From: Hamiltosporidium tvaerminnensis FI-OER-3-3
Lineage: Eukaryota > Fungi > Microsporidia
Length of the DNA stretch: 64,000 nucleotides
Assembly (NCBI GenBank): GCA_022605425.2
Contig: CM061247.1
Coordinates: forward strand, 1,612,001 to 1,676,000
Reading direction: 5' to 3'
The notes under the pieces were generated by a model. The model was not told the origin of the DNA, searched no databases, and was given only the letters and a program-made list of their open reading frames with translations. How positions within the stretch are numbered: position 1 is the first letter of the stretch; every line of letters starts with the position of its first letter. Below, one piece after another: positions 37,048 to 50,204 of the stretch. The translations under genes were made by a program, and so were the position numbers.

Positions 37048-40031
37048 ATAAAAGTATTTTTAAATATTTCTTTCGCGATTCTATTTTTGTTGGTTTCTTT
37101 TCGAGTAAAACGTAAATACAGCCTAAAAAGAATTAGGAAAAGGTGGTAATAAAAGTTTTATATCCATGAGGAAAGACTTAATATGTAAAAACGTGCCTTT
37201 TTAAATCAATGGAACTATAAAGATTCGCCGTTTTTATTTAGAATACAGCGTTTTGAACTAAAAATACTGCAACATATATCTGATTAACTACCAATAGCAT
37301 ATTTTCTCCATCAGGCTTCATTTTAATGGTTTCGAAAGATATTAAATATTCTGTATTAAAGTTACATTAAAATGCTCAAATTAATCGTTACCATTTTGTC
37401 TAATTAAGTTAAGTTTTTATTAAAAATAGACTTGGAATTCTTTTCCCTCGTAAAAAAAGACCTGAAAGAAATTATTTGAAGATCTGATATTGGTTTTTAA
37501 CTTACTCTAACTTAAATTTCTTAGTTCGGCTTAGTTGATGACTAAGAAAAGAAGGATAGAAAACATACCTTTAATTTGAAAAGAGAACAAGACCAAATAG
37601 TACTCAATTATGTTAAATTACCTTTAAGAACGACTCAATATCTTATAAATTCAAAAAAAATGTTTTTAATATTCAGAAATTTTTTGATTTAGAAAATTTT
37701 TAAAATTCAGAAATTTCCTTTATAGAATATTGATATCAAAACTTCATTTAAAGATAACAGATGACTGCTGTATACATTCTCATAGTTTTAAATATTACAC
37801 ACACATTCTATCATCATTATTCGTGTGATTTTCTGTACAATAATCATGTGTAAATTTAAGTGTGATTTTTCGAGACAAAAAAAAATCAATTTTAAGTTCA
37901 TAATATTCAATTATTTACTTTTCTTACTTTTAATGAAAAGATCAAATCTCAAAAATAATGTTCTTCATAAATTTCAAAGATTTTCAATTTAACTTTGAAC
38001 AACTAAATTCTTGCTACATGATTGAAGGTCAGTTTATGTGCGTTTGTCAAAAAATTTATTGTGGGTAAATATAGAAAGCAAATCCGAAATTTTAGTCGTA
38101 TGTTTGAGCTATTCCGAAGTCGATTTTAGACTAAATACTTCAACCATATATAAATCAATACACAATTCATATGGTTTTAAATGATTTGATTGTAAAAGGT
38201 AGCAAAAAATTGGCTTGGATATGCAACCTTTAGACTTTAAACATTTATGATATATCCTTTAGTGAATGCCTATTTGCATGCAAATGATGGATAAAAAAAT
38301 TCATATAATTTATAATATTATTGAAATTAAGAGTTAAATTTATACGATAATTAGAAGAAACACAGGAGTCAGGATATTATTATATATGGATATATTGCAC
38401 AATTTTGTGCAATAAAGTTTTATTACTATAGAAGAACAACCCATATAACAAAGTTTAATGAATAAAGCTTCATTCAAATATTTGTTATGAATTTATATCT
38501 ATTTCATTGATTCTTTTATAAAATCTTATATTTGCAGTAAAATTATATTCACACTATATAATTAGACAAAATTTAATGCCGAGGACAATAAAATATAGGG
38601 GGAGGCTCTAATTCCACACACATTGTCACTAAAATTATTTCAAATTCCATGTTTTGTTTATATTTTTAATACCATTGAATGTATATGATCCTGATCTAGT
38701 TCATGTTTAAATGCTACATTTTTTAAAAAAAAAGAAAACATAAATTGAATCTGTGTCCTAAGAAAATGAGATAAATTAGAAGATTACAATTCAAACTACG
38801 CTTGAAAAAGCTTTTCTATTTCATTTATTTTGTTTTTATATGTTTCGTTAATGGAAACAAATATTAAATTTTTCTGGCTAATCGTAGTATTCTACTAAAT
38901 AAAATTTGATTTGAACCATAATATTAAGGTGTATAAAAATTGGTTAATAAATTTATTATATAAAGCAAACAAAAACGGAACAGAACAACCTCAGGTAAAG
39001 AAATAATAATTGTAAAAATAATTCTTCATTAAATAGTCTTTTCGGTTTTTCTATTATTATAATGGATCTATCTATACTAAAGATATTTCATTTGAAAGTT
39101 TTTTTGACAGTTATATATACAAAAAAACATGTTTTAATAGTATAAATAATCTCTATTACTTAATAGAGCTTTGAAAATTAATTAATAAGTAACTATATCT
39201 GTAAAAACGAAAAAGCCCTATTCTACCCAAAATGTTCATGGAAAACATACAGCAAATGGGTATAGTAAATGTGTCCGAAATATATTATTTGAATAAAAAT
39301 CTTTTAATTTACTTCGGTTTTCCTAATACAGGTTATTGGATTATATGTATCAAACCATACAAGGATATTGAATGTCGAATTCATTCCACACCTACAAAAA
39401 AATTTTCCAACAAAAATTCAAAAGACGATAGATCATTCGAGTTTATACACCAAACTCCATTATTTACGCCAGTCTTTTTTCGAGGCCGGTTTTCTTTGTA
39501 ATTATTTTTTCATATTTTATTAGTTTAAGAAATGCGAAAAATCAGAAAATCAGTCATCTGAAATTTAAATAGAAGAACAACGTGAAAATTACACCCATGG
39601 ATATATAAACGGTGTATGTGAAGAACCTAGATTTTATTCATTAACCTTGTTTTCAATACTAAAAAAAATTCATTATAATGATACTTCTTAATGCGATTTT
39701 GTAAATAATTTTTTATTTTCCGTTACATTCTAATATAAAGATATTTCTACCGCTTCTATAAACAACTTTACAAAGTCTTTCTCAATAAAAATTAACTATT
39801 TAGCTTTTTTCGCCTTTTATTTGCAGCTGATGTCTCTCTTTGCGTGCATTACATAATCAATTCAATTTAAAACGAAAACGAAGGAGGAATACATGAATTT
39901 TTCAACGTATTCAACCATTTCTCTGAGTATTGATTAAACCATTAAATCCAAATCTATTATATTGAATAATGGCCGCGGTATTTGCTCTAAGTTCATTATA
40001 TGGCTCCTTAGTATTAACTACTATTTTCATA

Positions 40032-40262
40032 ATTCTCCCACCTTTTAGGAGCAGAATTTACTTGAAGTATTCCCTGCTTGTAGTAAGAGGCAACTAAAAG
40101 GGACATTTCTCCAGGTTGAGCAATGAGCTAAAAACCTACTTTTTAGAACCACATTTTTCGAAACCCAAAAAAGTAAACGAACCCCATGAGAAAGAGACCG
40201 GTGAGCGGCATTACCGAGGGAGGCCAAAGATCGTGCAGAGTTTGAGCGCTGAAAAAGAATGA
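40032..40262 (+). mobile_element. ~230 bp RTE-derived bipartite SINE, copy 1
   Basis: Homologous to 41795-42027; ends gaatga; flanking 9-bp direct repeat attttcata (40023-40031, 40263-40271). Confidence 0.7.
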
Positions 40263-40559
40263 ATTTTCATACTATGGTTTTTATTCTGATCCTAAAAAAA
40301 TTCTTCATATATTACATTTTCTCAGCTTTAAAAACATTTTCCTTTCATACGCCCTAAAACCCGCCTCGGTGTTTTATTATTTTTTTGCGTAATGATTGAT
40401 TAGAGATATACTCAGTCTGCACGTATAATTCGATCTTAATTTTTGGCTAAATATTTTTAGATTTATAGCTAACTTCCCTAAGATTTTAAAATCGTATCTT
40501 TGCGCATTCCCCTACCTTTCTTAAACCCTGTTCTTATTTAGAAGATAAAAATTTAAATT

Positions 40560-41150
40560 GACATATATTTTTTGATTGATAAATACTCTTGCCATTCTCT
40601 TTTTCTATGGTTCCCGATACATACTCGAGGGAGAAAAATATTTTTACGTGCGTTCGTAACACATTATACGGGCTTTATATTCAATATCATGCCATATAAA
40701 GATCTAATATTTACACCCAGGCTTTTGGAGATTTATCGAAATTCGTTATTATTTTCAAGTATCTCCGCATATCTCAATATACTTTTGGATTATTTATCTC
40801 GAAAAATTACTAGCAGTCGTCTGATTTGCATATTTAGCTCAAAGCTAAGAATTTAGTAAATTTTGGCATGTTCTGACGAATATTTTCAAATGTTCTCGCT
40901 CGTACTGACAGTATTGACTTAAACTTTCTGGTACATTGCATTTATGCTAATACGATAGTAAGATATAAAGAAGTAAAAACCTGATAAATTTTACAAACAC
41001 TATTCTCTAAAACCTTTCTAACTTATAAATACTTGTCGTATAAATCCTACCAGCTTCTATGTTTTTATTTAGTGCCCATTATGATAACCGTTTTTTCATA
41101 TTGCTATTCATGTTGATGCGTAAACTCTTAGGATATTTTAAAGTGGTATA
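40560..41150 (-). mobile_element. Highly degenerate R4-like fragment
   Basis: 40740-40860 aligns loosely with 48160-48290. Confidence 0.45.
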
Positions 41151-41249
41151 GTCTTCGAATTTATAATTTCACCACTTCTTTCATTCCGATTGAACATTTT
41201 TTCTTTAGAGTGACATTTTATCCACCCTCAAAAAAATATGAATATAATT

Positions 41250-43140
41250 TAAAAAGCAGGAATACTCATCATAAGAAAGTTTAACTAAAAAATGATTCCT
41301 TAATTTTTTTTGCCTTGATCTAAAGATAAATATAGAGAAGTTTGCAACGAATGATACCCGTTTCAAGATAATCTAATCTTCTAGAAGGTGTCTACATATA
41401 TGAATTTAGGGATGATAGAGAAAACAGAGGTAATTTGAGACGTAGCAGATTCGAAGAACTAGAAAGAAAACTGCTATCAAAAGTTGAAAGACATTGTCAC
41501 ATTAAATTAAACGCAAAAAATTCTTTTTCGTAATTAATCAATATGCTATAATTAGTCGAGGTTCACATAGAGGTATTTCGACTACAACCGGATTGCATTT
41601 TTAAGTTAGATGATGCCGAGTGATTTTGTTAAAAAAGAATAAATCTTTTACCAAAATGCACAGAACGTTTTTATCTTTTTTAAACAGAGCCTGAAAAGGT
41701 CTTATTGCGATATGTTACATGGCCAATAATTATTCGAAACAAATGGCTAGCCTCTAAAGTGGTAAATAAACATCACTTCTAACGCCGAAATCATTTCCTT
41801 ACCATGTCGGGGGCAGAATTGGTATAGAGTATTCTTTGTTTAGGGTAAGAGGTGACTAAAAGTGACTGGTCCTTCATGTTAGGGTTGATGTAGGGCTAAC
41901 AACCCTATTTTTAATACCACTTTGTTACGAAACGTGAAAAAGTAAACAAATCCACTAGAAAAATACCGGTGGGGTATTATTGAGAGAGGCAAAAGCTCGC
42001 GCAGGGCTGTAGTGCCGAGGATGAATGAACACTGAAATCATAAAGAGGGACGATTTCAATAAAACCCATCTTCACAAATATAACTTAGGTTAATAGAAGA
42101 AGTCATTAAAAAGAATTTAAGAAAGTAAAACTTTCAAAATAACTAACGAAATATAAAAAACAAAACATAACCCACCGTTATTTATTGCAAGAAAATAGAA
42201 ACTTTTATATGGTATGGACGCTTCCATATAACTAAAAAAAGCGAAAATGTCAACAAATTATGAAACAGCGTTCTGTTTATACAGGATAGGAATGTATTCC
42301 AGGGAGAGATCGTATATAGCCCTAATGCAGCAAGCATTGTAAGACAGTAGAGTATCTGGGAACTCGATTTGCCAAAACCCTAATCCTGTGTATATCATTT
42401 GCATATTCAAGGAGCACGAGGCATAAAGTTTTTCTTCCAAATATATATAAATTCAAGTCTATAAAACTAAGTAAGAGTCACACAGTTCAAGAATTTTTTG
42501 AGAATGAGTATGCTGAAATAAGACTATACCCCCGAATAAAAACTGATGTCAAAATTTGAAAAAATAGACCCAATATATTTATTTTTAATGAGAAGAAATA
42601 GTTCGACACATAGTAAGGTAGGAATTTCTTTCCAAAGTTTACTTCTACGAGTGAAACCGAAAGAACTTGGAATATTGACCGACATATTAGCTAATGATTT
42701 AGCGTTATTTATGAATTATGTTGATATAATCCCCTATTGAAGACCTTGAATTTTATATTGTACAAAATACTATATGGCATGCTTTAAAAGACAGATAATA
42801 ATCTATGAATGTAGAGTTATATACCTAATCCATAGTACTTAAGAAAACAGTAGAATCAATTTCCTTTGATAGACGAAGAGAATTCAAGCAAAAGCAAAAT
42901 GCCGAAGCGAGCTTGTAAAGGGCGCCAAAAGATGCTATTTCAGGAGCCAAGATGTAGGAGGAACCAACAATCCTTTAGAACAAATGGGTAACGAGAAATA
43001 CGGTGTTAAAATATTAGTACAAAAAGTATGTACTCATAGAGTATCTGTCCGTAACTACAGTGGAAAATAGAAAATGAAAACATATGAAAAATCAGATGAT
43101 GAAAAAGAGACTAAAGTGGTTTAAGAGGTAGAATAAAAAA
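41250..43140 (+). mobile_element. Degenerate 3' half of R4-like retrotransposon, interrupted by a SINE
   Basis: cttctagaaggtgtc...ttcgaagaact matches LLEGVSVYKYLGII...SFEEV; FCLYRIG, KVGIS and ILANDL blocks; 3' end aagaggtagaa shared with the other copies. Confidence 0.8.
41795..42027 (+). mobile_element. ~230 bp RTE-derived bipartite SINE, copy 2 (nested in the R4-like relic)
   Basis: Ends gggctgtagtgccgaggatgaatg; 14-bp TSD aacgccgaaatcat / aacactgaaatcat (41781-41794, 42028-42041; 2 mismatches). Confidence 0.75.
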
Positions 43141-44130
43141 TTTAAAGCGGTGAAATTCTTTTTAAAATTAAAATTTTTGAAAAAATTCTTAATATAATTT
43201 AATTTAGTCTTAGAATGGAAAATGACTGTGAAACAAGCTCAATATCAAACAATACTTCTTATGTTTAATATATTTTAGTTTCTCTTTTATGTTCCATAAT
43301 TTAAGTTTTGTAATATAAAAGTGAAGAATATATGTATCTTTTCAAGTACAATAAGGTATAAAAATGTCAAAACAATTTATTTTAAGATTTTATATATTGT
43401 TGTATTTTAATACCAAAAAGTTATTTTAAATAATTGATCCACTTGCTGATTGTTTATACTCGCCTGATTTGGAACCAATTAAAAGCGAAAAACACGGTGG
43501 CTAAATATCTGGGAAGATAAGAAGGCAATGAGTAAAGACAGATGAGTTTTTAAATTGTGCCCATCGTTTTTGATTCCTAAGAGAATTATTTTTACCAAGA
43601 ATATTGTAAAGATAAATTCTTTCTGGTTTGTTTTATCTCACAATGGTTGCTTTAACTCAGAAATCTAAAAATTTAACAGATAAAAAATATTGAAAAACGA
43701 ATTGAATGCATATTTTAAGGAATAGTAAGATAATTCTTCATAATATTTCTTAGAATGAATATCACAAAACACTATAGAATGTTTCTAAAAATGTTAAATT
43801 TTTGAATGGCTAAAATATACATATAATCGAGCAGATAAGTTTCAAAATGACAATTTAACCATTTATTTTTATCTAAGGGATGATTAGAATGAAACAAAAT
43901 AGTAATGCTAGTTAAAAAAGACGATTATACTATGCCCCGTATAGTATATAAAACACAATATGGTGTATCATTTCAAATAGTAGTAACAAAGAAAAGCGCT
44001 TGTGTGCTAATAGAGAAAAAAACTCTTAGTTTCGAATGATTGAAATTTCAAAACAAACAAACAATAATTTTAATTTGAGTTGGGCATTGAAAAAGCTGCA
44101 TCAGCAAGAAAAACGAAAGTCAAAGCACAT

Positions 44131-47005
44131 TAAGGCATGTACATATAATAAAGTATTTAAATCATTTTATTTTAAAATAAAAAAACAAACCTCATTTTAA
44201 AACGAACTGTCTGATATCGAAATTACTTTTCGAAATCTTCTATATAGCCTAGTGATTCGAAAGAAATTCTAACAAAAAATGATAATATATAAATCAAAAA
44301 ACTGTGTAAAAAATTATTATTCTAAATCAAAAATCAAAGAATATTTGTTATTTGACGTTTTTTACACTTTTATTTTATTCGAATTCGATAATGCTAATTT
44401 GATGAATTTTTTAGATAATATATATTTTTCGCTCAAATTTGAAATTTTACAAAACTAAAACATTTGTTCGTTAAATTAAAAAATAAAAACATGTTAAATT
44501 CATATCTTTTTTAGATTTTAAGTCACACATACAAACTACGGAATATTTTTGTGTAATCCAGATTTGGTCAATTAAAACAATATTTTTGATTTTTTTTTAA
44601 AAAAATATTTTCTTTATATTTTCATATTTGGGTAATTGAATTGGTTTTTTTCCGAAAAAGGTCAATTTTTTTTTATAATTTCTATATTGGATCAATTGAA
44701 ATTATATTTTTTTGTTAGATTTCTATATTACTCTGTTTAATTATATTTTTAAATTTTTACCGACAGAACTTTATAATTAATAAGTGTAACGGCACCGAGT
44801 AATATTTTTGGTTTAAAGAAAACATGATATTACATATTAAAAAATTTAGCTTATTATAAGAAAGGCTTAAAAAATAAATACTATAATTGTTCAATAGATT
44901 TCTAACCATTATAATTTATAAAATATATTCCATAAAATTCGATTTTTAATTTACTCAAAATGAACAAATGAAATAATTTAATTTAAATAATTTTTTTAAT
45001 TCTCATTTTTTTTGATTTAATATAAAAAAAATTTTCTATGCCATGAAATTTAAATTCTGGATATTATTTCTGGATTTTTTTAAAGAAGAATCCACTATAA
45101 AGAAATTTGATGATATGATATCAGAAATGAAATCAAATCCGATTGCTTTTAATATTTCAATCTTGTTTGTCTCTCTACTCAGATCGAAAACTTCTATGCA
45201 TGGTAGCGCTAGAATCTGTTTTAAAAACGCCCCTATGCGATAAAGCCAAACGAGATATTATAGAAAAACATATTTTTTTATTGCAAAAAGATCTGAACTA
45301 TTTCACACCGAGCGAAATTGAATTACTTTGTTTCACAGCATATTTTAAACCGGATAGTAAATTTTCATGGTTTTTACTTTTTCAAACCCGTATTATTTAC
45401 ATTGTATTTTGCGAACTTAAGGATATTATGGAACCATACTTTACACACTTGAATGATAAATGTAAATTTATAGAATATATAAATTCTTATTTTTCGAAAT
45501 ATTATTTTGAAGAAATTCAAGATGATGACGATTTTTTCGAAAATATTCAAGAACATGAGAAGAAAATTATCTCTTATGACTTAAAAAAAATTTCGATGGC
45601 TTATAGCAAAGGTGTAGCCTCGAACAGGACAATGAGGTCAACAGAAGAATCAACTTCAAATAGAAACCCTGATTTATCTGGTGGTATTCAAAAATATTTC
45701 GGATCTCTAAATTCAAAATTGAATAAGAATAAAATATCTGAAAATAAGGTTCGAAATGACATTAGACAACACACAATATTTTCTAAAAATCCTATCTATA
45801 TGGACTGTATGCATGTACGAAAAGATATGATTGCTAAGGCGAAAAATTGTCATGTAACATACAGTTTTCATTCGGATCTCTCAATATTATTTGAATTAAT
45901 TTTTGAAAAGTATTTTCATTCAAGTTTCGATGAAGTATTTTACAGAAAACATTTTAACCCAAAAATTTTTGATATTTATGAAGCAGTGTTGGAAAAACCC
46001 GATGAAAAAATAAGAGAAATTGTCTTTGAGAATTTTTATAAAATTATTTTTACATATTATGAAAAACACATAAAATATCTGTTGTCTCGTGTGAGATCGG
46101 AATCATTTTCAAAATATGAAAATATTAAAGCCTTTTTCTTAGAACTTTCTTGTCATATTAGGCTTGAAAACCCCTCATGTGGCCCATCATTTATATCGCT
46201 TAATTCGAATCCCATTGAGAGTTTTTGTAAGTCTGAATATGTATTTGTATTTGATATTGATGATACATTATTTCCTACCCATAAAATTTCCTCTGGTTTT
46301 AATAAAATTTCAGGATTATTCTACACAACACCTGATAGACCATTAAAGGATTTTCTGATCAAACAAGAAAAACTTCGGACTTCGAAAACTGAAGAGGAGT
46401 GCGAAAAAATCGTTGAGAAATTTTTACAAATGAATGAGTTCTCGAAGTTGTCGACTATTTTAAGCCATTTAAAATTCAAAAAGGAATTAAAAGAAACTTT
46501 ACAAAGGATACACCATAGAAAAATTTGTTTTACAAATGCTAACAATGTCTGGGCTTACTACGTTCTAAAGGAATTAGATTTACTCGATTGTTTTGATGTT
46601 GTAATTCATAGAGAATCTGAAAATTTAGTAACGTCAGTTTTTAAACCCAACGAAAAAGCCTACAAATTCGTTGAGAAATTTTTAAGAATATCCACTTCCA
46701 ATATATATTTTTTTGATGATAATTCTGCAAACATAGAAGCTGCAAGCAAAAGAGGATGGAAGGCTTTCCAGGTTACAGAATCACTGGTAGATGTTATAAA
46801 GGGATCCCTAGAAAGTCTAGAAAAATCTTTGCAATAAAATAAAATAAAAAAACTTTTTTAAGCGGTTTCTATGTACAACAAGGTTGTAACTTTATTTTTC
46901 GACTAAAACCATGACAAGAATGAAGAAAAAAATTTTTTCGTAGTTTCGTAATCTATTTAGATTCATTAAACATTACTATTAAATTTATTTTTTTTTGAAA
47001 CTTTA
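44131..47005. repeat. Young arm of inverted segmental duplication (partner 11742-14624)
   Basis: See partner arm. Confidence 0.95.
45043..46837 (+). pseudogene. Leader plus HAD hydrolase copy B; +1 insertion at ~45197; intact 545-aa ORF from ATG 45200
   Basis: Copy A reads TCTAGCATGGTA, copy B TCTATGCATGGTA; downstream ORF retains FDIDDTL, FTNA, KP and FFDDN. Confidence 0.85.
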
Positions 47006-50000
47006 TGTAATATATTTAATAAAATTCTGGGTAGAGATATTTTTAACATTTTTATATATTTTCTTCTACCTCTTTAACCACTTCTGTCTCTTCTTCCAAA
47101 TCCGACTCTTTATTTATGTTATTGGTCGGCTCATCTAAAGTGGTTCCTTCTTCTGAAATGTGAGGTGTATTATTTTTCTTATTTTCTGTTTTGTCGCCAT
47201 TTTCATCTCTATTCGCTTATTTTAAAGAAGGTGTTGGTTCCTCATGCATCTCTTCTCTCATAATAACACCCATTGACGCTCTATCCCAGCTCTCTTCGGC
47301 ATTTAGTCCTGACCCAAGTCCTCTTCGTCGATCAAAACAAATTGTTTCAAGCGTCTTTTTAAGTACTATAGACTGAATATATGCCTCTTCATTCATGTGT
47401 ATTTCTAGTCTTTTAAGATGAGATTTATGGTATTTTTTCACAATACCGTCCTAGGTCATCACATAAGGGATTATCTCAACACTACACTTATAAATAAGAC
47501 CCAACTCATTGGCTAGCGGGTCATACTTCCTAAGTTTTTCAGTTTCAACTATTTGAAGTGAATCTTGGGAAGTGATTCCTACTTCAATGAGTGTTATCTT
47601 ATTCTTCTTCTTATCTAAAATAAATATGTTCGGTCTTTTATTCCGAATTTTAACATCAGTTTTTATTCTGGTGTCCACTATTATCTCTGCATACTCATTA
47701 TCAAGAATTTCTTGAACTGGGTCACTCCTAATTCGTTTTGAGTACTTAAACTTATATCTATTTAGGAGAAGTAAGTGTAGGCATCTAACCACTTCATTAT
47801 GCCGTCTGGTTTAGTCATGGCCTAGCATTTTTTCACATCGAGTTGCTAGATGATATGCCGTCTTACCAGACTTCCCGCAATGTTGACACACACCATCTGC
47901 TCCCCAGAATACATTTCTATCCTGAATATAGCAGAACACAGCCTCATTTCGTGGCCTAATATTTCCTCTCTTTAGCCATCTTGAAGAGTCACTAACACTC
48001 ACAAGCTCATTTTTTCTTGCCTTATATAACTTTGAATGGAGTTTTCGTTTTTCTATTTCGTTATATAGTTTTGCAAGTTGAGCTTCTTCTAAACTTTTCT
48101 TAGTGACTTCTTCTACCAACCTGTACTTTACTTTTAAGAAGCCTTTTATTAGTGCAAGATGGGTTTTATTATTATTCTCCACATTTAGGATTTCTGCTCG
48201 TCTAGTTGATATTTCTTTGCTTACTTCCAAACAATCCAAGAGTTGCAGAAGCATATGTGCGCTTCGCAACTCAACACTTCTAGGCCTCTTCCAAGTTCTG
48301 TTCTGAGAAGAGACAAACGCTCTTTACATCCTGGGCGAAGATGTATCTTATTCTTCACCAACACTGCCCGCACTACATCATCTAACTTAGAGAAGTACGT
48401 CGGTTCAAGTCGAAGTACTCCTATGTGATAGTTGATTTACAACATCGAATGTTGATTGATTGCAGAAAATAAATTTTTTGCATTTAATCTAGTGTGACAA
48501 AGTCTTTCAACTCTGGATACAAGTTTGCTCTGTACTTCTTAAAATGAGCTACGTGTTGGAATTCTTCTGCTATCTTATATTATTCCTAAATATTTGTAAA
48601 CACTAACACCTTCTAGAAGAGTAGCAGTATCTTCACAACACTTATCATTTGTGGCTGACTTCTCTTTGTTAATCTCTAAGCCAATCACCTCTAAAAATTC
48701 CTTTGCCTCGCCTGTCATAGCACTCAATGTGGAGCTGTCTTTTGCAAGGAGCTTTAGATCATCAATAAACAAGAGATGATTAGTAGAATGGGATTCTGCA
48801 TCTGTTTGTACTGTCACTTTTGTGTATTTTTCATTAAGCTTTCGGCTTAATGGATCCATACACAACACAAATAACAAAGGTGACAGACTATCTCCTTGTA
48901 GAATCCCTCTATCAATCTTCTTGCTCATGATTTTTTCAGGCCCTACTGATATATCAATTTTCCATTTTGATATAATTACCTTAATAAATTTCAGGATCCA
49001 ATCAGGTAAATTAAGGTTTTCAATGCATTGAGTTAAATAAGCATGATCTATTGAATCATAAGCTTTTTTAACATCAATCCATGTTGCCTTAAGATTATTT
49101 CCATACTCTTTATTTAAGGCAATATTCAGTAGAGCCTGCTCTTTCGCTCCCTGCACACCCCTCACCGCTTCTAATTGGTTCTCTGCAAGAAACCCTCGCC
49201 TCTCCACTTCAATTTGAACGACTTTCGTCACACACTTTGTCTTTAACTTATAGAGGTCGGACATACAAGTTATTGGCCTGTAGTCAGAGCTTCTTCGCGG
49301 AATTCCTTTCGGTATCAAATACGTAAGCCCGCAGTAAAACCAATCAGCTTGAGTTGTTCCTTCTAAACATATAACTTTCACAATATCATAAAAATATTTG
49401 TGAAGAGTTGTAAGTTTCTTAATGAAAAAATTGTAAATACCATCAATTCCAGCAGCTTTCCAATTGGGAAGCCAATTAATGATATTTACAAATTCATCAA
49501 GTGAATGAAACGTGGTCGGATGATTATCTGATACAAAAGGAATCAAATAATCATCATACGTGACTGTGTCATCATTTTTGTTCCACATTGTAGACCAAAA
49601 ACTCACAATTTCATCACGGCTAACCACATGCTCGGATTCCACACGCTCAGATAACCCACGATAAAATCGACCTCGGAAAAGTTCAAACATACGATTCTCT
49701 TTTCGGAATGTGCTTCCTACTTTCATACATCGTAATTTTTTTCTCGTAAACCTTCAAAGACTCATTTTTCTTAACTAAAGCCTCAGAAAGATCAGTTACA
49801 CTGCTCAAGTTTAAATTAAACTCTCGCATGATTTTCTTAAGGCTCTTCGTTTCCGAAGTGGAGAGCTTTTCCTGCTTACGAGCCTTCTCGAGAAGATCTT
49901 TGGAAAGTACTAACTTAGAAATTTTACTTTCTATGTTTTCCTTCCAAGCGGATCTAGGCTTCTCTTTACGTGTTGCCTCGTCATAGCATATCTGCGCAGC

Positions 50001-50204
50001 TTGCATGAAATACGCGGCTTCCGTAATTGACTCAGGTACATGAGCTCCGGCATATTCACCGACTTCTCGATTAATGAGATCCAGGAATTTACTATCAAAC
50101 AATTCATTTGGATGTTTTCTAGTTCGGACCACCACTTTTCCAATTTCCTTCTCCGAGATTTCTATGATTTTACTCAAAACTTTATCTCTCAGGTTTAAAG
50201 GCAA
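47006..50204 (-). mobile_element. R4-like non-LTR retrotransposon (RT, CCHC, restriction-like endonuclease); 5'-truncated, few lesions
   Basis: RT motifs WKAAGIDGI, DYRPITC, WIDVKKAYDS, GILQGDSLSPLLF, HLLFIDDLKL; CQHC...HLATRC; RHNEVVR; RPNIFILD...LIEVGIT...EKLRKYD; stops at 48575, 47811 and 47451, frameshift ~49720. Confidence 0.92.

Noticed and set aside
38393-38414. tattgcacaa-tt-ttgtgcaata palindrome
   Set aside because: Isolated 10-bp arms with no context; plausible by chance.
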